NCBI GenBank assembly: GCA_964016885.1
Contig: OZ024746.1
Location: forward strand, 868,001-932,000
Length of the DNA: 64,000 bases
Origin: Eledone cirrhosa
Taxonomy: Eukaryota
Reading direction: 5' to 3'
The notes below the pieces were generated by a model. The model saw nothing but the letters and a program-made list of their open reading frames with translations, searched no databases and had not been told where the DNA came from. This document shows positions 24,501-36,822 of the stretch, one piece after another (position 1 is the stretch's first letter; each line of letters starts with the position of its first letter). The position numbers and the translations under genes are program-made.

Positions 24501-27500
24501 TGGTAGTGGTGGTGATGTTAGTGTGTAGTATGGTGTGGTGTTAGTGTGTAGTATGGTGGTAATATGGTGGTAGTGTGTAGAGTATGGTGTGGTGGTGGTG
24601 GTAGTATGGTGTTAGTGTGGTGGTGGTAGTGTGTAGTATGGTGGTGGTGGTAGTGTGTAGTGTGTGTGGTGGTGGTAGTGTGGTACTGTTGTAGTGGTAG
24701 TGGTGGTGTGGTGGTAGTGTGTAGTATGGTGTGTGTGTGGTGGTGGTAGTGTGTGTTTGTGTGGTGGTGGTAGTATGGTAGTAGTGTGGTGGTGTGTAGT
24801 GGTGGTGGTAATGTGGTGGTGGTAGTGTGGTTGTGGTAGTGTGGTTGTGGTAGTATGTGTATAAATTACTCACAGCCGGTAACTTTAATGGGACATCAAA
24901 GTATTCACTCATTCTCTGTACATCCACAAATAAATATTTGGCCTTTTCAGGTGAGACCAGGGCAGGTGGTTTATTACCTGTAACATCAAACAAAATATCA
25001 TTTAAATCCATCCTACTCCATTTTATTTTATTTAACCTCCCCGAATATGAACTAAGGTGTAAACCATGTATTGTAGCTATTCTAGTTTGTGTCACCACCT
25101 CTCCAACCTTGTGTAAAGGACTCTATCATGTCCCCATCACCATACTCCATTTGGGATTACTTTTGTAAAGGAGAGGGGAGGCCTTAAAATATGAAATATA
25201 TAAACTGTTGTTTTGCCCTACTCCCCCTTTCCACTCCATTATTTCTAACAACCATCTCTCCTAAAGCAATTCTCACCATATGAGATGTCATCTGGTGTAC
25301 CACAGGGATCTGTTCTTGGTCCCCTTTTGTTTGTTGCATATATTAATGACATAGATGCCAACTTAAAGAATGCCACAGTACTGAAATATGCTGAACCTTG
25401 AGATAAAAAGGACAGATCCTGGACACAATGCAGCAATGGATCACAGACTGGCAACAAGCTGGCTGTGGACAAGTGTACCACCGTGCATTTTGGGAGGAAA
25501 AACCCAGCGTCAACATACTCCCTCTACAACACTAATATCAAGAAGTTTTGTGAATGTGACCTGGGCATTACTGTCAACAGCGAATTGCGTTGAACAAAGC
25601 ACATCTCTAAAACTGTCAAGAAGGCCGAGGGTGTGTTAGCATCACTCAGCAAGAGCTTTGTCAGCCCTCTCCAGCTATCTATTGAAAGCTGTATATAGCT
25701 ATGGTACGGCCACACTTAGGGGTTCCAGACTGGTGATGCAAATCTATCTTGCTCAGAACATTGACTGCCTGGAAACTGTTCAGAGACGTGCAACCAAGCA
25801 AATGCCCTCCATCAGGCATCTACCATACTCTGAACACCTTGCTTCCCTGGGCATGGATACATTGAAGCTCCGACGTTTGGCAACTGACTTGGTAAACATT
25901 CACAAAATTATTAACGATCTTGCCAACAACAACCCAGATTTCCATGTGTCTAACACACGGGACATGCCCACAAAGTCAGAAAACAGCACAGTTCCCATGA
26001 CTTTCAGAAACATTTTTTCACAACAAAGTAGCTGAAGCATGGAACAAACTACCTGCATCAGTTGTTAGCTGTCGAGACACTGCATCCTTTAAATTTTCCT
26101 GAAATTCGCCAACACTACACCTGATATCCCCCCCCTCCATACACACACACACACATGTATATCATGACTCATACACTGTTCACTTTCCTGACACTTGTAC
26201 ATTATTCTATGTACTATACATGTACCTTTGATGAGTTGTAGTGCACCTGAGCACTGTACACAATAATTTCATTATTATTTTTTATTTAAACCATACATCT
26301 CACAATGATTCACATAAACTATGATTTAACCCTTTTCCATTTACATTTCTCTATATTTACTATTGTAGTTTCACGGTAAACACTTTATCTCACTTTGGCT
26401 GGTTTAAATGCTAAAGGGTTAAACCTTTAAAATAACAACACATAAAGAAAAGGTAACTGATTTTAGTGGGATAAGCTGGAACAGGTAAAGAATTGGAGGT
26501 TTCTAGAGAGAGGACTATATTTATTGTGACATCAGCACTAGAGAGGTTGTCATGTATTTGACATAAACGAAGGGTCCTCCTTTGTTTGGTAATGTATAGT
26601 GTGTGTGTGTGTGTGTGTGTGTGTGTCTGTGTTACATTGTGTAATATGTGGAGGAAGAATTGACCCCTGTACTGGTACTTTTTTTTTTATCAACCTCGAA
26701 AGGATGAAAGGCAGTTGACTTTGGTGGGGAACTTAGCAGAAAGCCAGAATGAATTCCTCAAAGGATTCTATCTGATGTTCTAATAGCTCTGTCAATTTTG
26801 CTGCATCAGTTGAAGCAAGATTTGAACCTATAACCACCATCACCATCATTGTTTAACGTCCATTTTCCATGCTAGCATGGGTTAGATGAGTTCCCCCATT
26901 GTGAGACAAGCCAGGTTGGAGGACCATGTTTTGCTCACACAGAATTGATTTTGGTTTGGTTTGTACAGCTAGATGCCCTTCCTACTGCCAGCCACATTTA
27001 CAATGTGAACTGGGTGCTTTTTGTCATGTCACCTACACAACCACTTTACAGTGTGGGCTGGGCGCTGATTGTCGTGGCTCCACAGTAATCCAGCACCTTA
27101 ACAAGATACCCATTATTTGAGAAAGAGGAAAACCAACAAAACAATTATAGTAACATGCTACGTGTTATTTTTTAGAATAAGATGAAATCAACTTGTATAA
27201 TTAAGTTTTAATATGAAACTACTTTAGAAAACATACAACCACTTTACTCACTTCCTCACACCACGCTCTTCTTAGGCCAAGGCCAACTAATCTTTAGTAC
27301 AATCTATAATTTAATTATATTACCATACATACTTCACAACAATAATGACTTTGATGCTTGAAAAAGAAAGAAGACGTGGTTTTTCTCTCATTGTAAATTA
27401 AATATTTTATAGCAGTCATTGAACCAACTGAAGCTTTTTATGAAAACATTGCATAATGAAATAAAATTTACAGCTCTCACCTACACAGGTTGTATCTTAC

Positions 27501-30177
27501 AGAAGGTTTCTCAGGTGTTTTGATGATATGGGGGCCCAGTCCTATGGTGCTGTTGTTACAGCTCCCACCAATGCAGATTAAGCTGACCTTATTTATGAAG
27601 TTGTATCTCACAGGAGGTTTCTTGGGTATTTTAATGATAGCAGGCCCCAGTCCTATCATACTATTCTGGTTATAGCACTACCTATGCAGGTTGTATCTTA
27701 TAGGAAGTTTCTCAGGTGTTTTAATGATAGGGAACCTCAGTCCTACATGGAAATCAAAATGAAATGGAACCATGCTCAGTTCAAAAGTTGAACCCATAGT
27801 CAAATCCAACACCTTAACCCAGAGGTGGGGAACCTTCTCATGTTGAAATGCCACATTAAGTTGTGATATAATAAGGCTACACTAAGTTGTGATATAATAA
27901 GGCTACATTAAGTTGATATAATAAGGCTACATTAAGTTGTAATATAATAAGGCTACATTAAGTTGTGATATAATAAGGCCACATTAAGTTGTGATATAAT
28001 AAGGCTACATTCAAGAAACTATAATCACTGGTGTACTAAGTCCCCGCAGGTTCTCACCAGACCAAGATGATAGTGGCTACAGTCAATCGGGAATATAAGG
28101 AACATTCTAGAATCACATTAGAACTAAAACATGAGCATAGAAAGTGCTGAAATGTTCCTTATGATCTCCTAATTCTTTAATTCTGACTGTCTGTCAGTGT
28201 GGATTATTTCATTGAATTTTCTTTTACTCTTTGGTATTTAAAATATGATTATCTTATGGTTTAAATTAAAATAAGAGATAGACAAAAATATATTAATAAA
28301 AATAAAAAATGTATTGGAAATTTTTATTTTTTCAAAAGGTCACATAGAATAGTATAGAAGACCACATAGGGCCTTAAGACCACGCAGAATAGCATAGAAG
28401 ACCACATAGAGCCTTAAGGCCGCAGGTTTCCCCATCTCTGTCCTAACCACTAGGCCACAACATGTATTCTTGATAGCAAATATTAGAGAGTAAATGTCAA
28501 ATTATAATTTAGGTTAGAAAATTTGCTAACGTTTGAATTAGGAGTTCTGTGGTTGATATCTTTTAAAGGTTAGTGTCAGGAGATGTAACCTGTTTCTGTC
28601 AATTGTAAAAAGAAAGGTCAGAGAATGTGATGATAGTTGAAAGAAAGAAGATATAATACTGTAAAAAACCTTGCAGCTTCACATACTGATAAGAGCAGGA
28701 ATGAGATATGTAAAATAATACGATAGAGTGACAGGGTCGGGGATGTGAAAATAATCAAAATAACTGTAGCAGTTGTCTAAGAAACATGTTTTACATAACA
28801 CAAGCATTGAAAGAGTTACTTTTGGAGGGGGTTGGGTGTATATTGCTCTGTTACCTTCTCTAACAACTATACCACTGAACTGAAGGTAAACTCAAAGTCA
28901 CAATGAAAATCAATAAATGGCCTTTTGTTTCAGTTGCTATATATTTGAAAGAAATAGAAGTATTTCAAATCTCTCATCTATCTCTCTATTTCTTCTTCTG
29001 ATGAAGGACTAACGTGTGAAACTTTACAACTCTTTTCCTACTATATCAAGTGTTAAACTAATATATATCTTCATTGCACTGTGTCGTTTTGCTTAATTGT
29101 TTCTCTGTTGACTTTTTGCACATACAAATTCTCTCTCTCTCACACACACACAAGGAAGCTGCAGTTGAGGTAGATTAAGAAAGACCTGGGAAGAGGTGAG
29201 TGCTGACCTCAAATCACTGAGACTCAGAAGATGACAAAGAAACGTAAGTAGAGAGATGCTGCACTGAGAAGGACCCATCTAACCCATGCAAGTGTGGAAC
29301 AAGTAGAGAGATGCTGCATTGAGAAGGACCCATCTAACCCATGCAAGTGTGGAACAAGTAGAGAGATGCTGCACTGAGAAGGACCCATCTAACCCATGCA
29401 AGTGTGGAACAAGTAGAGAGATGCTGCACTGAGAAGGACCCATCTAACCCATGCAAGTGTGGAACAAGTAGAGAGATGCTGCACTGAGAAGGACCCATCT
29501 AACCCATGCAAGTGTGGAACAAGTAGAGAGATGCTGCATTGAGAAGGACCCATCTAACCCATGCAAGTGTGGAACAAGTAGAGAGATGCTGCACTGAGAA
29601 GGACCCATCTAACCCATGCAAGTGTGGAACAAGTAGAGAGATGCTGCATTGAGAAGGACCCATCTAACCCATGCAAGTGTGGAACAAGTAGAGAGATGCT
29701 GCACTGAGAAGGACCCATCTAACCCATGCAAGTGTGGAACAAGTAGAGAGATGCTGCATTGAGAAGGACCCATCTAACCCAGGCAAGTGTGGAACAAGTA
29801 GAGAGATGCTGCACTGAGAAGGACCCATCTAACCCAGGCAAGTGTGGAAGAACAGATGTATAAATGATGATGATGAACCTCTCTACGCCACTGATGTTGT
29901 CCAAGGGAAAGGCAATGGCTGGTACAGCTTGGCACCAGTGACGTCGCAACTCATTTCTACAGCTGAGTAAACCGGAGCAATGTGAAATAAAGTGTCTTGC
30001 TCAAGGAAACAACACATCACCCAGTCTGAGAATTGAACTGACAACCTCCTGATTGCAAGCCCAATACTATATTTGGAGTCAGGCCTAACAGATTCTAAGC
30101 TCAGTAAGCTTCATTCATCATTCCATGATAATACTATTTCTCATGACATCCTTTCAGTAGCAATGTTAAATGATGAC

Positions 30178-30223
<46 letters not shown>

Positions 30224-31663
30224 GATCTGTCTCTCATTTACTGGTGTGTACAAGGCCAGTCTGGTGTGTATATAACGACAGTCTGTTGTATATAAGGCCT
30301 GTCTGGTGTATATAACGACAGTCTGGTGTATATAAGGCCTGTCTGGTGTATATAACGACAGTCTGGTGTATATAAGGCCTCACTACATTAACAAGGTGAC
30401 TGTCATTAATGGAGATAATGTTGAGATGTCTTTCATTTCACCTCTCACAGCCCCTGGTAGATATGTAGAGATAAACTCACTCAGGTGAAAAATAGACATT
30501 AAACGATGATGATGTTTTTGTTATGATATTGTTGAGAAAAGTGTCACTGTTGTTTATGTCCACACTAAGATTATTCCATCCCAGACTTTGATTGAGGTAC
30601 CTTATCAGTTAATAACATGTCTATTTCACTCACTCTCTCAATGTGACACACGCAAACAAATTTCTACTTTTGTTCCTTGTCATCATGAGTAGAGACTCTC
30701 ACTCGACAAGTTGTTACATTGAGTAGAGACACTCTCTTAACTAGTCGTTATATTGAGTAAAAGCTGTCACTCAACTTGTTACAACTGTAAACACCTCTGC
30801 CCAGGCCTTCCTTGGTCTACCTCTACTGCAGCTTCCTTCCAGTAGGATTTCTTGCCACTTCTTCACCCAACCCTCACTATCCATACTTATCACATATAAT
30901 CAGATGCTCACAACACATGCCAGGACAACCCATCATGAGGCTGTGGGGGACCCATGTTGTTTAGGATTCCCCCCAGACGTCTTCCTGGCGGCCTGGAGGC
31001 AATCCATAATACTATGACGACATGGTCTGGCTGACCAGGTCAAAGAGGGCAAACTGTCCAAGTATTAACCACTCTCTGATAGGTTTTTGGTAGAACCTGT
31101 AGCAGTGGAGACCTCTCCAGCGTTCTTGACCCCCCAGACCACATCCCTACTCACTGCTATCAGAATGGAGCTAGCTGGCCACATGTATGAACCCTGCAAG
31201 GTGGAGTGGCTGTTCCGGCATATCTCCCTTGCTGTCCTCTGAGGCAATGTCTTCTCCAGCCTGTCAGCCGGGACCCAGAGGTGGAGGATACTCATTGAGA
31301 CATCACACATACACAACTACTTACAGTCCAAGGACTTTTAGGAACTTTAAGCCAATGCCTATGAGAAAAATCTAAACACTACACAAAATTCTTAAAAATA
31401 TTTTCTCTCAATATCAAAATATAGTGGAACCTCGGTTCATGAATGCCTCTCATCACAAACAATTTTTCCTAACATAAAACAGTTGGCAACAAGCTGAGAG
31501 TATCAGCAGGAAAGTCACTTGCTGTGTAGTTAGTTACTATGATGATATCTGCCTTTCACAGTCTCTCTTTTTCTCAACATGTCATATGGGAAAAATAATT
31601 TTGGTTTACGAACATTTTGGGTGACAAACGACCTTCAGGAATGAATTAAGTTAATAAACTGAG

Positions 31664-31715
<52 letters not shown>

Positions 31716-31965
31716 TGGGGAGGGTCATATTGTTATAATATTGCCAGAAATAATAATAAAACATCATCCCTGTTTGGTTTGGATTGGTTTTCGTTTCTGT
31801 ATATTTTATATCTCTATAGTTAATTTAGCTGGCAATTAATGTTTATCATTGATTGACCAACGGTTAAAAAAATTATATATATACAAGTGGAAGCTTAGTA
31901 AAATCGAAGCTTTGGCTGTGGCCAAGCAAAGTCAAATATATATATGTCTATGAAAGAACTTTGAT

Positions 31966-32017
<52 letters not shown>

Positions 32018-35000
32018 AAAATGTTCAAGGCCTCGACGGCAGAGCTCAAGCCGTTTCGACGGTAGCCGTCAGGGTCTTGAACATTTTCCTATTACCCACT
32101 CTACTACCCAAAGTATTGAGTACTCTGGTGCGTTATGGTCCACCTGGTTCCTTACCACACTTCCTTTGTTATATATAACATCTTCCTAGCGGGTCCGGGT
32201 ATGCTTTTTACATTCATTTAATTTATTGATTTATTGAGATTTTTTATCTGAGTGTCCCGAATCTTCCGGATGGCAAATTTTCGATCGTGCGGTTGATTAT
32301 AGACTTGTTCTGTGTGTGACGGTATTTTAACGACAGTTATAGCTCTGATTTATCTAAATTATAGAGCACTCTGCCGCTCATATCGAATTTTGTTTATCGT
32401 GAACTCGTGCGCCGATTTTTCGATACTCGATTATTCTACTATATATATGTATATATATATATAAGTTTTGATATAGATGAGATTCTACAGGACTAGAACT
32501 GTTCTAGTCCTGTAGAATCTCATCTATATTAAAACTTTTATACTCTGCAATGTATTGAGTACCTTACTTACTGTGGTTACCTCCGATTCAACCCGGAATA
32601 ATGTACTATATATATATATTTGACCCTCTCCAAATATAACAATATTTGTTTCAACACACGATTTCATATAAAAAACCTTGCAAAGCAAATATTATATATA
32701 TGTCCCACCCTTGCAAGCAGGGAAAAGTGGACGTAAAATGATGAAAATGATGATATATATATATATCTCATGTAAAACTACTCATACTTGAAATTATTCC
32801 GAAATTATATCGCATCCGTATATCTAGTACAAGGGAAATAACTCTCAGTATATGTTCTGTTTCCTATTCTGTCTGCTGATAACATGAGCTTACATACATT
32901 TGGGGATCTACTGGGCGATGTATTATGCCCTTGAGAAAGACACTTGTTGCGACTGGTAGATAGTATCAGCATTGAAAAGACAAATGGAAACAGTTTCCTT
33001 GGTCCTATCCTTCCAACAGATGTAACCTGCAGATAATATCAGCAATGGACGCATTATCTCTATAGATTTGATGAGTTCCACCTCACTTGGTAATCGAATG
33101 GGATCTTGTTTCTATACTTAAAATTGAACAGATTGTCACAGTAGTGTAGAGTCTAGTAAGGTTATAGTTGTTTCTTCATATCCCTAATAGTCCTTCATAT
33201 CACAGAAGTCTGTTACTTTTTGAAAATATTTCCCAACATTCATTTGAAACTCCAATGTAAATTATATTTCTCTAACTAGAAAATTTTCTGCATTCTTTTT
33301 AAATAGTTTTATCAGTTTTACTGTAGACATAGAAATCATGTCCCCCCCCCCCCCCTTCAACTGATAGGACTCTACAGTCACATCAAGGGCATGACAACCT
33401 TCCTATTGTTGGTGTCATGATACACATAGTACAATCTGTAAAGAGGTTGGTTTAGGGAGAGACCCAGCTGTAGTAACCATGCCAAAAGTGAGAAATAATT
33501 CTTTGACTCAACTATAAGAACAGTAACTTAGTCGAGAAAAAGAAAACGTGATATAACAATGACACATCGATGAGAACAATGACACACCAACGACATAACA
33601 ATGACACAACAATGACATAACAATGATATTCCAATGACATAATGACACAACAATGACAACAATGACATAACAATGACACATCGATGACAACAATGACACA
33701 CCAACGACATAACAATGACACAACAATGACATACCGATGACATAATGACACAACAATGAGATACCAATGACATAATGACACAACAATGACATAGCAATGA
33801 GATACGAATGACAATAATGACATAGCAATGAGATACGAATGACAATAATATAACAAGGATGTAACAATGCAACTTTACCAGTTATCGCCATGATTCCTCC
33901 CAAGAAAACAGGCTTTAAATGTAAATTGATGTTCCAGTAGTTCTTATATCGGCTTAACACCTGAAACAAATAGTTTTGTAATATATTCTTAACTGAAGGA
34001 GTATCATGAGGTCCTGAAAGATAAACAAAAATTATGAAGTGTAAATGAAGAGAAGGTAGAGGGCCATATATTTTTTGTTAACGTCAAAAGTTGTGATGAA
34101 AGACTTTTGACAGACCAATTAATTAATTAATTAGTTAACTAATCAATCGATTGATAAACTAATTATTTGAATGATTAATAAAGCTGAAGAGAAATACACC
34201 CAGTGCATGTGTTTTTGACTGACAATATGACCCACCCCTAATACAATATAGGTATCAACATATGATTTCATATCAAGAATCTTGCAAAACAAATACAAAA
34301 CCAGTTTTTAACATCTAATGATAAGGAATACCTTATAAGTGAAGAGTGAACCTTAATGTGTGACACACTGGAAGTTAAGGGAGCTGCTTAGTGGTGGTTG
34401 ACACACTGGAAGTTAAGGCAGCCCCTTATATGTGATGACATTGGTAGACGGGGAATAACTCTGGTTTAATAACAAAAGGAGACTGCTTCCTTGAGTGGTA
34501 ATGGTGGTTACCTTCAAGAAACTACAGCCACTGTAGTGATGTAGGAATAATTAGAAATATTTTGTGGTTTCGTGTTGAAGACAGTAAAATATCTTTAGGC
34601 AAGATATCCAGTTACACAGCCTGGAGATGGAAGTAGCTGGTCTGCTGACATCAGACTTCTTGGAATCATTGATGCCTGGCTTTACTCAGGTGTCGGGTGC
34701 TTAGTTATTCCAGGGTCCTACTTAGCCTCACCATCACCTGCGGTAATACTGCCTATGTGTTGGCTTGCCTCAAAAATTTCCATTGATCCTTGTGGTGTGA
34801 CCTATTGACACACTTGGTGTGAAGTTGACCCTTGATGTGTGGTGCGTGACCTATTGACACACTTGGTGAAGTTGACCCTTGATGTGTGGTGTGTGACCTA
34901 TTGACACACTTGGTGAAGTTGACCCTTGTGGTGTGGTGTGTGACCTATTGATAAACTCAGTGGTGAATTGATGGTTGTTTACATTTGTTATTTTTTCTGT

Positions 35001-36791
35001 CGGTCAGATATATTTATGTACATTATATTTGTGAGGTTCCTAGCGATAATTCTATTTATTACATATATTTATATCTGCGTTTATACTTTCGTTCTGTAAC
35101 AGTTATAAACAATGTTTAATGTTATTTATAATTACCTGATTTTAAATTACATGTTCTTTCTACTTTGATTGAAACGAAAATAAAATTTGGTGGAAAATTT
35201 GAAAATATATTCACCATAAAGTGAATGCGGCAAATCGAACAAGATATTTTCATTTTCTTTGAATGAGATCTATTGTCAATGAAATCCCACCTCATATATG
35301 ACGGGATTATTCTACTGAGATGACTTTAAAGAGGCTTTTTGCATAATTACAAACGAATCGAATATCATTATTAATATTGGTGGATTGGCAGTATCGGTAG
35401 ACACCATGCTTTGAAGCATAGTTACGACCCTTTATGATCTGAGTTCAAATCCCACCGAGGTTAACTTTGCCTTTCATCCTTACGGGTCCATAAAATAAAG
35501 TACCAGTAATGTACTGGTTAATTGCTGGCCTTATGCCAAAAGTAGAAACAATTATTAATATTCAAAAAACTCAGAGTACATTTATTGTATTCAGCCATGT
35601 AGAGTGATAAACTATTTGTTATCATCATCATCAGGTTTAGCGTCCGTGTTCCACGCTTGCATGGGTTTGGACGGGGGTTTTCCCACTTGAGGCAAGAGTG
35701 GTTGTCTTGCTCGCATAGGACTGTCTGGCGTTAGTTTTATATATATATATATATAAGCAGAAGGGTTATTCAATTTGTTGGTAATTCAACAAATATAAAT
35801 GTTTATAACTGATTCAGAGCACTCGACATGTTTTATGGAGTATAATATACAATGATATTAATAAATGGAAACTATTTATAAAACCATATTTATTCTATTA
35901 TATATATTTCAAGGGTACCAAAACTTTGGTGCGCTCTCATCAGATAAAATACAAAGTTTGTTTTATAAATTTTGACATAACCAAGAAAAACTTGAACAGT
36001 TAAGGTATCTTTTCTTGGTTATGTCAAAATTTAGAGGCGCTCCCAGGGAGAGGCTGGATTGATGACTCAACATGGACCATGAATGAGTTTGGACTTGATG
36101 GTTTCAAAGAGCTCTGGATCACCACCTTTATCAGACAACTCTGCTGAAATGATCTTATCAACATCATCTGGTCTTATCTTCTCCTTGCACCAGATTAGTG
36201 TGTGAGAGTGAGGAAGACCTCTCTTCTGCCACTCAATAGTGGTCATCCTAGCACTAAGCTCATCAAAGATTCTTCCTTCTTTTAGAGCCAGATGAGTTTT
36301 TTTTTTTGCTTTTCATGGAAAACCCGAGCAATGAGGTCATGTCGATCCTTTGGTTTTTGATTTTGAAATAATTCATTTGATATTTCTGACCAGTTTGAAT
36401 TGCATGTAAATGTAATGAAGAGATCTGGCCGACCAAATTTTCTGACATAGGCCATTGCATCTTGCCTGCGTTCATGCATGTAACGTGGTTCAAAATAGAA
36501 GAGGTGCTCCCAGTCGCTGGGTCGATTGGAGTCCAGAGCACTCTCGATCGAGGAAGCGAGGGCATCGGCTACCGGCACCCGGGCCCCTCTCGAGATCCTG
36601 AGCGGAATCAACAATGAATATAATAGCAACAAAGTTAAATTATTTTACCTATTCATCATATCATTGTTTTACGATCGTTTCGGAGGGTTGATCATATTGA
36701 CATATTGACTGATCTATAGCAGTTATATGACTGTATACTATCAGATTTAATATATAGCTTCGATCAGACAGTCTTCTTCGGAAACAATCAA

Positions 36792-36822
<31 letters not shown>

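Noticed and set aside
33508-33878. Cys/His-rich extension of the ORF containing GSTK1 exon 2 (likewise the Thr/His tail of ORF 24541-25098)
   Set aside because: Read-through past the splice donor into intronic minisatellite.
34598-34808. Stop-free GC-richer stretch with AG/GT sites on the plus strand inside GSTK1 intron 1
   Set aside because: The translation resembles no family I recognise, there are no partner exons, and it runs into a tandem repeat.
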